A stretch of 64,000 nt of DNA from Chlorokybus atmophyticus (Eukaryota > Plantae > Mesostigma and Chlorokybus algae): positions 536,099 through 600,098 of the forward strand of contig RHPI01003389.1 of assembly GCA_009103225.1 (NCBI GenBank). The letters run 5' to 3'. The notes below the pieces were generated by a model. The model made no database searches, was not told the DNA's origin, and worked only from the letters and a program-made list of their open reading frames with translations. A program made the position numbers and the translations under genes. This document shows positions 50,790 through 63,565 of this stretch, one piece after another (positions within the stretch are counted from its first letter, which is position 1; each line of letters begins with the position of its first letter).

Positions 50790-53700
50790 GACACAAAATT
50801 GTTGGTACAATTCTGCCAACATTGCAGGCGATGTGCTTCCACCAATCAGCCTTCCACCTGTTTTTAAGAAAACCTACAAGGTATATCTGCACAGGGTGCG
50901 GCCTGCGCAGGGTTCACGACAAGCACGTATAATTGAAAAGTCTACACTGAAAGAGCTTGAGAAGTCAATGAGAGAGTAAAATAGTGACCTCCCAAGGCAC
51001 AAGCCTTGGCTCGTGCTTGTTTTTGGAAAAGTCAATGGCAAAGAGGTGTCTGTATCACGAGAGTACTTTAATCAATGGCACATTGCTCGTGCGGACGAGT
51101 TTAGTATGAGGTGCTTGGCGGAAACCACTCGCTGTTGGCTAAGATCAAGTTAGCCAAAGAGGATTCCACCAATGAAAATTTGCAGTTTGAATGGGTCGAG
51201 GTGAGGGACCCAAGAGCAAGTACACACCTGCTGTGTAGATATGTGCATCAGCAAGTGTGTTGACAAGTTTGTCAACATGTGATACAGGTGGTGTCAGGCA
51301 TCTCCAATGAGCAAGCACTGCTGTGGCCCAAGCAACGTAACCATTAAGACGATAAAAAAAGACCATCAACCCTGTTGACGCTGCTTGCCACCTTCCGCGA
51401 CAAGTACCCTGTGCGCAGCGAGCTCGAGATGCCTATGCAGGGAAAGAAGTCAAACAAGTTTGTGGAGGGCTGAAAAGTCTGCTTGGTTGATCTTGCGTTG
51501 CTTATGAACAGCACGGTGGCGATGCGACAAAAGAGCTGTCAAAAAATAACTAAAGAATACGGCATTCACATATGATAAGGTTGTTTCCATCTTATGCACG
51601 TTTCATTGTGATCGGCATATCTCATTGCTGTATTCTGCAGGCTTGCATAGAAGCTGAAGCTCGACAGCAAGCAATATCAAGTTTTTCAATGTGCTGAGCG
51701 AGCATGATGACATTATCGATGCTTTACCGTGCCACACGCTGGAATTGTTTTAGTCCTTGTCTACAGAGCAGATCATATCTGTGCTCAAAGACATTAAGAG
51801 CAACAAAGCCAATGTCAAGGTCAACCGCGCATTCAAAGACTATGTGCAAAAAGTTCAGCGCAAAGGTCGCTTTGTGTCATTTTTAGCATGCAAGGCAATT
51901 GATGGCGCAGTCTTTATCGATTCCGAGTAAGCACAGGCTTGTTGCAATGCAGCTTGTCATAGTGTGTGCTTTAACACGTGCAATGCTCGAATTAGAACAA
52001 ACGATTGCGCAAGAAGGTATCTGGTCTCTACAATGCCATAGAGAAGCTGTTTCAAGAGCTGCTCCGCGAACATCATGAAGATTGGTGGAAAAGTTTAAAG
52101 AATGTGAAGGACAGCCCCAAGTCCAAGTTCCCTGTCAAAAATTTGCAATTTCTTTATTTCATCAAGCCCGAGGTTCATGAACTTGGCAATATCCCTTTCC
52201 CAGAAGCGTGCAAGGCTGGCATGCTGCCAAGCTCCATCACTATGCCCATGTAGGCGCCATTGTGTTGTCAAAATTTTGCCATCACTACTGGCTACCACTG
52301 CATTGATGTTAGGGTGTTGGCAGAATTTAGCCAACAGCATGAGTACACAATGTAAGCCGCATCCACTTTGTAGCAATGTATGCCGTGTTACCTAGCCGTG
52401 CCGTTGTCAACATGCAGTTGAACTTGCATATCTGTACACGAGATTTCCAACCGATGCTCAGGGCACACGCAAGCTAGAGTTCCACAACGTTAAGCAATGT
52501 TTGATGCCGCACTTCCAGCCTGTGCAGCTGCTCATTAACAACCTGCCCGCATTTAACGCATACCCCTCTTTCCCGCTTGTTTACTTTTACATACCCTTTG
52601 ATGAGCCAGCCAGCGAGCACCCTTTCATTATGGCACACTTCAAGGACTTGGTAGAGGCGCTGGCCCGTCACAACAATGCCTTGGACTACTGGACGCTTTT
52701 GGCTTTTGTGCCGTTGAACAGCATTGCCGAATGCAAGACAGTACTAGAAAGCAACGCCTTTGTCATTGAGTTCACCACCTATGTGCCGCAACAAGTAGTT
52801 AAATTAAATGCAATAGATATGTACATTTTGTCGGTACACTTATAGCAATGTGTGCAAAGCTGCAGTCATTCCCGGGTCATCTCGAAGGCCAAAGCAGAAC
52901 CGAGCCTTTGCTTATAGCCCTGTATAAAAGCGTGGATGACTCATTTAAGGAAGCCAACCCACATACCTGGTTTGAGTTGCGCTGTGAAGATCAGATGGTG
53001 TGGCATGATTCCTTGCGGCCCAAGTTTTGTCAGTTAGGGCCTTATGAAAAAAGACTCACCGTCTCGTTAAGATGTCCTTAACGCTGCAAATGACGATGAC
53101 GACTCAGCTGGTGAAGATGTAGAGGGAGTAGAGAAGACAATCAGCTTGCTCACAACCAAGGTCAAGCAGATGTGAAAGCAGTTCGGAAATGGTGGGCAAC
53201 CAAATATCTGAGCAGTGAGAGCAAGCAGCAAGTCTGCTGGCAGCAAAGGCTTTGCAGCAGTCTTGCACAAGACTTCTTGCCCATGTGAGCTTCGAATGAG
53301 GACATCTAGATCCTCGACCTTGGCGCTGGTGCTGGAGGTCTAACTGAAGGAGCTCTCAGGTCTAGCTACAGCATAATTGCTGTAGACAACAATTCCACGT
53401 ACATGACGCGGCTTGCAGATCATTATTACCTTCCGCACGGAGTTCAAGGAAGCGGTAAGCTACTGTTAACAAAATGTTGACGTCATAAAAGTCTTAATCA
53501 ACTACTTAAGGCACCTTTCGTTTGTAAGCGTGATTGCAAGCTCATGTTACGTGTTCAATGCAGCAGAAACGCCACACCACTCTGCGTTCAGCTGCGCAAA
53601 AAGAAACAACCTATCGCTTTACCGAAAATTAAAACCAAGCAGCAGTTGATGGAGGAGCGATTGCTCTTCTTGTTTCCCAAGCCGAGTTTCGGGGACACTC

Positions 53701-54530
53701 TGCACATGGCCTTTCTTGTGCGCTGGGTTAATCTTTCAGGTTTGCAAGCTATCGTGAAGGATGAGCCTGAGATGTACAAAGATATTCAGGACTACCTCAA
53801 CAGTCGACGCGATACCATTCAAACAATGAATTTGCGTTGCTTGATTCTAAGCTTCTGCAAGGTTAAGCATAGCATAACATAACCCACCTTGTGTTTGACA
53901 GTGGATGACTACGGTGAAGTGAGAGCTAGCTTGGCTAGCAAGTACGTTAAGCTGGAGCATCATCTGCAAAGTCCCTCAGAACCAGCAGAGGGTCAGCTCA
54001 CCCAGGTGACAGGGCTCACACATGGACCATCAGCATCGCGAACAGCGTCGCATACAACAGTAGAGAACCAGTCCGGAGGGGAGCCAGACAGCCAACAGCA
54101 TAAGTAAGAACCCAACAGAGTGCTGGTGAAAGAGCCCGATAGCCAGCCAGCGAGCCAGCCAGCCAGCTAGCAGAGCAGGGCAAACTCATCACACATACCT
54201 ACTGATGCGTTCCCCTTTGCAACGTGCTCTTGAACCTGAAAGAGGAAAAGCCCACAGTGTGCGATAAAGAAGTGTGTTGCTGCCGTATTCAACATCTGTG
54301 CTACACGCGATGTTTAGGTGTTGAAGAGGCCAAAGGAGCTCTCTGCCCAGACTACTTTGACAAGGCACACAAGGGAGGCTTGCAGCAATCTTGGGTTCAA
54401 TCCGTGTAGAAGGCAGGGAAAACGGTGGGATTGTTGAATGTTTGGGGCTGCAGCAAGTGCAAGATTGCCAATGGTTGCTCTGAGTGCGCGGGTCCACTGA
54501 AGTTTTGGGCAGACCAGTCTCCTCTCAAGA
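50790..54530 (+). pseudogene. Transposon-associated ParB/Srx-like domain + beta-class N6/N4 DNA-methyltransferase-like domain + degenerate PHD-like finger (disrupted)
   Basis: YKVYLHRVRPAQGSRQARIIEKSTLKELEKSMRE, then YEVLGGNHSLLAKIKL (51105-51152) is a ParB-N GGNH motif. PVQLLINNLPAF...LVEALARH...WTLLAFVP...VLESNAF resembles motif IV onward, and LMEERLLFLFPKPSFGDTLHMA...AIVKDEPEMYKDIQDYL resembles motifs X/I/II. A Cys-rich segment follows at 54205-54470. Stops and frameshifts occur throughout. Confidence 0.5.
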
Positions 54531-55012
54531 ATATGTCGCTCAGTCAGTAAAGCAAAGCTGCATACAAGACAGAACATGTAGGTTAAGGTAGCTTTCTTGC
54601 AGCCTTGTACATAGCTACATTCTATGTGTAGATGCGCCGTTAACATGCATTATACATGTGATAGACCATAGCTTATGTGACCTTGTTGTATAGCATGTTG
54701 CCACTGGCTTTCTCTCTGTAATGTTTGAGCTCAGCCAACACTCAACGCATTATGCAAATTCAACGCACGAAGACTGTTGTTCTGTAAATTACCTTTCACA
54801 AGTATGATACAAATCACAATTGCATCTCCTATTGGCAAAAATCTAACAACTAATTGATGATAAATGTGACACAGTGATGGCCACAGTCGCATCTTATGTG
54901 AATGTAAACCCTTGCCCCAAGTACGCTTGATTACTGCATGAGCAGTGTATACGTAAGTATTGTGCTTTACGAGACACAGCAGGTCTCTTCTGTCTTGTTT
55001 GTGACATGACTA

Positions 55013-56879
55013 CACACCGCTTGACGTTAAAGGACCATGAATGGTCTGTGCCTTCGGGCCGGGATTTTGCCCTGCTTAGTAAAATCGGTGGATCATGTAC
55101 GGTCCGGCTATCATTGACAGTCGGACCATGCATGGTCCAAACCTCACGTGAACGGTCCCATCGCACCATGTCTGGTCCGGCCGATTTACGGTCGCGTCAG
55201 GACCAGGTACGAGCCAGCCAGCGGACCAGGGACTCCATCAATCATGCAAATGTCATGCCTGGTCCGGCCAGCGGACCATCGACTGCATTATTGATCATAA
55301 GCATCAGATGTTATTGTAAATGACGGAAAATTTGCTATCTTGAGCCGACGGTACCGGCCACGCCCGGCCTGCGGGGCCGCAGGTTGCAGCGCACGACGCC
55401 GCGGCGTCGTGGAAATGATTAGTCAAGAACACATGCGTCCACCGAGAATCGAACCCAAGACCTTTGGAGTATAAAACACAACACCCTAACCACTTAGCTA
55501 CATGTGCACGTAGCGGGAAGGACATTGTAGTACTTGCGTTATAGACTGTACCGACGGCCGCTTGGCGACTGTCGGCAGCGGAAATTGCACAGGAAGTCGG
55601 CGTTGTGAATTGACAGGCCCATAGGCAGTGCATGCGCTATCAATGTGCCCCGCCAACGGTATTACAGTATTTTAGGTCATTATTAATGACACAGAGCCGC
55701 AACTCGGCGGCTGCCAAGGTTTGTAAACTACAGTGCTTTGTTGGGGGCTGTCCATGAGTATGTAACCTTGTTAGGGGTTGTCAACATCCTGCTTGCGTGC
55801 GCATACATCTACATGTGTATATATGTAAGCATTCGTATATGTAGTATTTATATCATTTAAACGTGTATATACGTTTACATGATATAAATTAATAAACCGC
55901 ATTGCAGCACCAACGTAGGTATTTACTGGCTGGTTGGACATGCTTGGTCGGGGCTGTCAATCATTCTGCGGTCTCATAAGAGGCTATTATAATAAGTGAC
56001 GTCTTTTATATATATTTTTTGTACGTATTTTGTATGAGACATACATTGTATACGGCTCAACCTAAATACTATTATTATAACCATTTAAACCTGCGTATCT
56101 ATGCGTATATGATTAGATTCATTTGTGCACACGCTAACATATATATATATATACTATAATATATATATAATGCATTAACGTATACACATAAACATGTACT
56201 ATGTTTATATATACGTAGATGCTTAGATGAACGCATAGAACATGTTAGTGGTGCATGTCCACAAATGCATGTCCACAATATTTGCAAATATACGTACGGT
56301 ACTATCAAGTATGTTGATTGCATAGACAGCCCCTTACAGCTTGATTGACAGCCGGCCGGCTGTCAATCAGCCGCCGACCACTTGCGGCTATCCACTTGCG
56401 GCTGTCCACGGGTGTATAGCCGACAGTCGGTGCGGCTTGTCAAGTAACACGTTAAGTGCACTTGTGCAATCAGGCATTTAGGCAATCTATTGTACCTTAC
56501 GTAGGTTGTTGCTACCTACTCATGATAGCGGCAGGGCCGCGGTCACTGGTCCGTGCTGCACCGTACATATTGCGGCGTGGACCGTGCGGCACCATGTACG
56601 GTGCGTGCTAGTAGGGCCACAGGACTGCGGGACCGCACCTGGTCCGCATGCAAGGGCCAGCGTACATTACTGGTCCGTGCCGCACCATGGATGGTGCGGC
56701 ACGGACCATGCGTGGTGCGCGTCGCCGCGCCAGCCATTCATGGGCCGCGGGGCCCCGAATGGACCAGGAACGGTCCGTCCCAACGGACCAGGCAGTCCTG
56801 GCCCGCAAAGTACGAATCATGCATGGTCCGCGGGGTCCGTGAAAGGACCATGCATGGTCCTTTTACGTCAAGCCGTGTG
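55013..56879 (+). mobile_element. Non-autonomous CACTA-like DNA element, copy A
   Basis: Terminal inverted repeats CACAC(C/G)GCTTGACGT(T/A)AAAGGACCATG at both ends, subterminal arrays of GGACCA..TGGTCC palindromes and an AT-rich core. Flanks CTA/TCA give no intact TSD. Confidence 0.75.
55435..55507 (-). ncRNA. tRNA-like (A-box/B-box) segment inside element A; not a functional tRNA
   Basis: Minus strand GCACATGTAGCTAAGTGGTTAGGG...GGGTTCGATTCTCGG. The acceptor and anticodon stems are broken. Confidence 0.55.
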
Positions 56880-59013
56880 TCAAGGAAAAGGGCCAAAAAC
56901 CAATTCGGGCCAGTCAAATGGTTGAGTTGGTGGTGGTGTACAAGGGTTGGTTCCTTGGACGAGGCCAAGATACTTTCTAACGGTGAAGCTGCTGATTATT
57001 TGGATGCCATTCATGATGCAGACCCTAACCACGAAAAGCCAACAACTCCACTCTGGATGACATATGTAATGACTTTCATGTAGGCACAATATCTGATTAC
57101 AAGTCAATCATTATATCAAGAGTTTAACTATAGGTGGCGGATGAGGTGCGTGAATTACTCATCAATAGCCGCATGAGCACTACTTTGGCTCTGCCCGCAA
57201 CACGCTGACTCAAAGCTACACGCAGCAACCGTGCCGGAATGTGACGGTTATCGTGCCTTGTCACCATGAGTTGGTCCTATCAACAACCCTCTCACAAAGA
57301 CACGGTATTCATAGCAGAACCTTGCCCCCTCTGCCAAGCACACACGCGCGCCCCGCCACTCGCGTGCACACGCGCATGCGCTCGAAGCTACACACCGACT
57401 TGTGTAGCGCCTTGAAAAGGCATACAAATAAGCACACACCAGTGGACACACGCTAACAACCCCTCCTAACCACTACCAAGCTTGCACACAAGAGACTAGG
57501 GATTTAAGGTTGTATTGCACAAAGTGAAATGTCCTTTTATACCTACCAGTCTGCATATGCTACTGTCCAGACTTTTCTTGAGCTAGACGGAATCAGAAGC
57601 TAAGGTATTTTTATGAAACCTTGTAGTACACTTTTAGACCTTTTCGATGCACCAAGGAACTCCTCAAAAGATGCCCATATGGCAACATTAAACTATTTGG
57701 CGCCAGGCCCTTATGAAAATCTGGTTGAGTCCTTTTAGACTCGTCTTTGGGCCGGTCGATATCTGCGGCAGACTCACAATTCACCGATATCCGCCACAAG
57801 TTGTGAAAACATGATACTTGACAAATAAGGCTTAAAAGGGCATGAAATCATGAAATTTGACGTCGACTGTTGCACGGATGCGCAAGACCTTGAAGACCAC
57901 TCACGGTTTTGTACTTACTCCGTCATATCCTGTCCAGGTTTGAATTAGGTCAGTCGGGACACAAAAGGGGGAAACCTGAGTCGGGACGCTAAGAACGAGT
58001 GAAAATTGTTGCGTTGAGACGCAAAACAAGCGGTGCGGTTGATTGGGCGGGGCGGCCGGCATTAGGGCACACGCAAACCTCACCCCGAGGGCATCACATG
58101 CGGCACCCGCTGCCGGGCTGCGCGCCGCTCATTGGCTAGGCGGCGTTTATCAACTATCGATCGTTGAATCTTTTTTGTATCGATATCGATCGTCCAAAGC
58201 ACATCCCCACTTCATGCAATTGCTCAAATTATATGCGAATAAATATCCAAAATGAGCACAACGTGCACGATGCACATGCCGGCATATTATTTCATATGGC
58301 CCATATGATTTGTGACACACTTAAGGTGGCAAAACAGTATCTCTGATGTGTTGCAATATGAGGCACATATGTTGCGATATGAATACATATGCTGCAATAT
58401 GCTGCAATATAATGCAATTTGGTTAGCAACCTGCGGTTAAGTGTTTCAAAACTTAAGAGTGAACGTAACGTTCACGCCACGGGACGTGCTGCGATACTCC
58501 GTAAATAATGACGAGGTTACAACCATCAAAATAATGATAACCTGAATTACCTTAACGTTAAGATTCAACCAAACGAAAAATCGCATCGTTACGCCACCAT
58601 TTGGTCACGCATGAGATTGATTAGATGGGATCGCAACGGTGACAACAGCCGTTGCTGAAAAAGGCAGCGAAGTGGCCAATCATTGCAAAGTTGCGTAGAA
58701 GATGCTGAAAACTATCTTAACGGCAACTGCTTACCAACGGCGACCTAAAATCGCTGGGGATTCGGTGCAATTGCAGCACAGTTAGTGGTTAAATTGGCCG
58801 CGTTTTTGGCGGTACGAGGTCGGGACAGGCCCCATGCCTCAAAGACATGCCGCCACTACTCACCCTCTTTCTAACAGATCCACTCTACCCTTCAACGCTA
58901 ATTGATTACACGCTATAATTACCGCGTCATCCAACATGGTCAACAGCCGAGATAAGGCCATGAAATGCCGCGTCGGGACACCGGCGTGGCGGACGACCCG
59001 ATATAATGATATA

Positions 59014-61026
59014 CACACGGATTGACGTTCGGGGACCATGCATGGTCCTTCCACGGACCCCGCGGGCCATACATGGTCCGTCCCCGCGGACCACGAGTGT
59101 CTGGTCCGCGAGGGACGGACCGTCCATGGTCCTTTTGGGGCCCCAACACCTGGCGCGCAGTCGCGCACCACATATGGTCCGTGCCGCACCTTGTATGGTG
59201 CGGCACGGACCAGTACTCTACGCTGGTTCCTGGATGCGGACCAGGAGTGGGCCCGCGGCTCAGCGGCCCGGCAGCCGCGCACCGTACATGGTCCGTGCCG
59301 CACCATGTATGGGGCGGCATGGACCAGCACTGTTGTACCATGACTGTAGTATCGTTATTGCATGTACGAGTACATAGGTACATTGTGTGTATCATCATCT
59401 AATAAATGACAGGCCGCACCGACTGTCGCCGCTTACCATAAAGTGGACAGTCGCAAATGGTCGGCGGCTGTCAATGTATATTGACAGCCGGCTGTCCATG
59501 TACATTTTAACTTGACAGCCGCCGACCAGTTGCGGCTGTCCACTTGTGGCCTATATATGTATAAATGGATATGTGTATACATATAAATATATGTGTATAT
59601 ATACACATATATATATGTATACATGCATTTGTATATATATGTTGATAAATATACGTGTGTGCATGTAGGAATAGGCTTAAGGTATACAAGCAAAAATTGT
59701 TGACGTATTGCGGCCGCAATTTGCAGCCGTGCAATCACTTCATATCTATTATTTCATGTACACACATTTTGTAGATATATTGATGCGCGTACACATGTGC
59801 ATTAGACCTTTCATATGCAAAATTATATACATCTTAAATAATGTTTAAGAATATGATTGTACAGAGTGTTATGATTATTGTACAAGTACATAGTTTAAAA
59901 ATATCATTATATCAAATTTACATCCATGCGTTGCGCGTATTAATTACATTATATATAGTTCGTTGGTTATTACATTATCATGATGTTGACAACCGTTAAC
60001 ATCATACCGTAAATACATATGTTGATGTTGTTCGCATGTTGCATTGCTAGGCGTAGTTTATGGTATGTTTTGAATGATCTGTACGAAACGAAAGCGCAAG
60101 CAGTGTCAGATGTTATGACTTGTAGCCTTACTTGTATAACCTCATAAATGGCCTATAAAAGCCTCATGCGACCACAAAATCATCGACAGCCCGATAAGGT
60201 ACACTGGCTGCATTGACAGTCGCAATTTGGCTACTATCGCTAAGAATTGTCACAATGACAGCCCCTAACAAGTCTACAAATTGTACTGGCGTATTGACAA
60301 CCGCCGAGTTCGCGGCTACCGGTATGTAGTTTGCCACCGTCCATGTAACTGGTACAGCCTATGAATGCTACAGTTGCATGGGCTCAGCCTATGGGCCTAT
60401 CAAAGTGACAATCTTCGACTGTCCATCGGCAATTACTGCCGCCGGCCGACAGTCGCCAAGCGGCGCATGCAATACACTAAATGATATAGGTTGCCATGCG
60501 ACCCTACCGGTACGTGCACTTGTAGCTTAGTGGTTAGGGCGTCGTCTTTGATATGCTAAAGGTACTGGGTTCGAATCCGGCCGATGCGTGTGTTCTTGAC
60601 TAATCATTCCACTAACGCCGCGGAGCTGGCCGCGGCCTTGTGCGCCGCAGGTTGGGCGCAGCCGGTGCCGCCGGCAAAGATGTCTCAACTTTTACTGCAT
60701 TTGCACTCATATCTACATTGTTCCATAATAAAATTCGGTCCATGGTCCGCTAGCCGGACCAGGTATGATTGAAACATTGTAATGATATGATTGTGTCCCT
60801 GGTCTGATGGCCGGACCACACCTGGTCCTGACGCAACAGTAATCGGCCGGACCTTCAATGGTCCGTATCAAGGGACAATGGTACCATTCATGTGAAATTC
60901 GGACCATGCATGGTCCGACTGTCCATGAAAGCCGGACCATACATGGTCCGTTAATTACACTTAGCAGGGGAAAATCCCGGTCCTGCGTCACGGACCATTC
61001 ATGGTCCTTGAACGTCAATCCGTGTG
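59014..61026 (-). mobile_element. Non-autonomous CACTA-like DNA element, copy B (inverted relative to copy A)
   Basis: TIR CACACGGATTGACGTTC...GAACGTCAATCCGTGTG with a 3-bp TSD ATA on both sides. Collinear reverse-complement similarity to 55013-56879 wherever I compared them. Confidence 0.8.
60516..60588 (+). ncRNA. tRNA-like (A-box/B-box) segment inside element B
   Basis: GCACTTGTAGCTTAGTGGTTAGGGCG...GGGTTCGAATCCGG. Boxes are intact but the cloverleaf is imperfect. Confidence 0.6.
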
Positions 61027-61606
61027 ATAGATTATGCAAGGTGGGGAATGCGATTAGAGGTAATCCCAATTTTGGTCGCCGCGTCCCTGCTCAGCCAGTT
61101 CGCACCAACCACGTCTCGTATCTCCGTCGACTGCTTTCGTCGGCGTCGGCGTGCCCGCTCACGTGAGCCAGCCTACTGACAACGAAACTATTTTGAACGA
61201 CGTTGACTACATTGAAACTTTTTGTACAGCCGCCAATTGGCACCCGTCTAATATATGTACATTCAATTAGGCAGGTGTTTTGGTTCACGGTCAGTGTGCT
61301 TTGTCCAAACGTGTCCAACCATACTTTCTATACTTTGCACAAGGGTGTTTATCTTACGTCACTATAATTGATAGGTATGTGGATAAAGATGAATTCGCAC
61401 AGAATTACTATTACATGCATGCTGTGCTATACCCTATGCATATATACTCAGGTTAGCCTATACACATACACGCACAACGCTGCCTTCCCTTGCAAATTGG
61501 TCTATGTGTTGTATCTTGCACAGATTGGTCCATGTGTAAAATACAACACATCGACCAATATGCGATGGTCCATGTGTAGACTTGACCATCGCATGTGTGG
61601 ACTGCA

Positions 61607-62130
61607 ATTGTAACAATTGTGGCCCGACCACTAGGCTATGGTTGCAAAAGACACTACCATGAGTGAGGTCTGTCAAAATTTATCCCAATTCGTGACATTT
61701 CTCCCCAATTTAACTCATGAGTTCCTCATAATCCAATGAGGCACTAGCCCACGTCGCCGTGTTTGCGACCGTACCACGATTGGTCTGCCCGCGGCCTGTT
61801 GGATCCGGCCCACGAACGGTCTTGACCGACCGACCGAACGAACGAACGGCCATCCTCACCGCGTGACCTGCCATCCCAGCGCGACCGCTCACGCGGCCTT
61901 AGGTTGACCTGGCTCGGCGCGCAGGTCGTGATCCCGCGTCCAGCCTAGGGCAAGCCGCCCCAAATGTTTTTGTTTTTGCCTTCGATCTGCCTCAATCCCC
62001 TACAGGAATTGAACATGAGACGTCAAAATCCGTTACCATTGTAACAATTGGGGCCCGACCTCTAGGCTATGGTAGTAAAAGACACTACCATGAGTGAGGT
62101 CAATGTCACGAATTGGGATAAATTGTGACA
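61607..62130. repeat. Two ~93-bp modules: a 64-bp direct repeat, each followed by a 29-bp segment in opposite orientation
   Basis: 61607-61670 matches 62038-62101 with a few mismatches. 61671-61699 is the reverse complement of 62102-62130 with 1 mismatch. Confidence 0.8.
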
Positions 62131-62589
62131 GCGATGGTCCAATCAATGTAGGTAGAGTTGCAAGGCTGTAAGCTTTACCCCTGGTCAGATGAAGGGTTTC
62201 CACCGGTGTCTCCGTTATGCTTGATGTCTTGCATGTAAGTATTTCTTAGCTACGTTGTGCATAGTCCAGTATATACAGGGTCGGTACTTATGGGTTGGGT
62301 GGCGCGCTCGCACGCACTCTTGGGGGAGCACACCTATAAAGCTATCAACGCAAGTGTACAGTAAATACGGAAGGGAACTCGCGAATGCATAAGCCTCCAC
62401 ACAATCATCCACACGGCAAAAAGGCAAATAGATTGCAATAGATTACTCATACTTACACCATCACACACACATACAACACAAACACTAGCACATATATATG
62501 CAAACAACTATTGAAGCTGCTGTCGACGGTGGAATGACCATCACTCGCTTTAACACCGTCTTGACATGGCCCACATGTAGGTGTAAGCT

Positions 62590-62768
62590 CCTTGGATGTG
62601 TGCATGTGTTTGTATGGTGTGCGTGCGCGTGCGTGTGGGTGTGCTTGTAGGCACATGCATATGCGCGTGTGTGCGTGTGCATGTGTGCGTGTATATGTGA
62701 GGCCGTGTGTATGTGGCGTATGTTTGTTTGCTGTGCCGTATGTGAGGCTGTTTGTGAATGAGTTTAAG

Positions 62769-62800
<32 letters not shown>

Positions 62801-63320
62801 TACATGTGTAAGGTTGTGTACGTGAGGCTGTGTGTATGTGGCGTGTGTGTTTGCTGTGTATGCGTGCATGCGTGCGTGCGTTTGTGTATGCGTGTGGCTG
62901 TGTATGTGTGGAGCGCATGTGCATGCGTGTGTGCGCCTGCGTGTATGTGTGAGGCTGTGTGCTTGTGGCGTGCGTGTCTGTGTGCGTGTTGGCACGTGCA
63001 TGTGCATGTGTGTATGTATGAGGCTGTATATGTGGCGTGTTTGTATGGTGTGCGTGTGTGCGGGTGTGTAAACGTGCTTGCGTGCGTGCGTGCGTGAGGA
63101 TGCGTGGCGCGCACATGTGTGATCGTTGGCACAGGCATGTGCGGATGTGCGTGTGCGTGTATGTATGAGGCTGTGTATGTGGCTGGTTTGTGTGGTGTGT
63201 GTATGCGTGCGTGCGTGCGTGCATATATGCGTGAGGATGGATGTGCGTGTGCGTGTGCCAGTGTGTTTGTGGGTGTGGCGAGTGCGCTTGCGTGCATGTG
63301 TATGTGTGTGCGCGCACCTA
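62590..63320. repeat. GT/GC-rich low-complexity minisatellite
   Basis: Recurring TGAGGCTGTGTATGTGGCGT-like units embedded in (GT)/(GCGT) runs. Confidence 0.8.
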
Positions 63321-63331
63321 GGTTATGTAGC

Positions 63332-63565
63332 TCAAGTGCGCTTGACACGCTGCTCCTTCAAGGCTTTGGGGTTGTCATGTGCTTTGTTGAAGCCGTCATG
63401 GCAGAACCATAGCTTTGTGTCTTCACGCACGTCCTTAGCGGTCTTGTATGCACTTTGAAAGTAGAAGTAGATTGTGTCCTTCCGACACACGCAACACTTA
63501 CGGCGGGGGCGTGCTCGGGCTGAACAATCGAACGTTTTCCCTTCTGAATCCAATTCCAAACGCAC
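63332..63565 (-). mobile_element. Possible piggyBac-like transposase C-terminal Cys-rich finger (fragment)
   Basis: RPRRKCCVCRKDTIYFY...LWFCHDGFNKAH resembles the piggyBac CRD, but two Cys positions are missing and no DDD core is visible. Confidence 0.35.

Noticed and set aside
56506-57083. Overlapping ORFs in the GGACCA/TGGTCC-rich arrays (also 58860-59402)
   Set aside because: GC-rich palindromic repeats are open in several frames on both strands and show no protein motifs.
62453-63458. His/Thr- or Cys/Val-rich ORFs up to 255 aa
   Set aside because: Translations of CA/GT low-complexity repeats. The same applies to many intronic ORFs elsewhere in the window.
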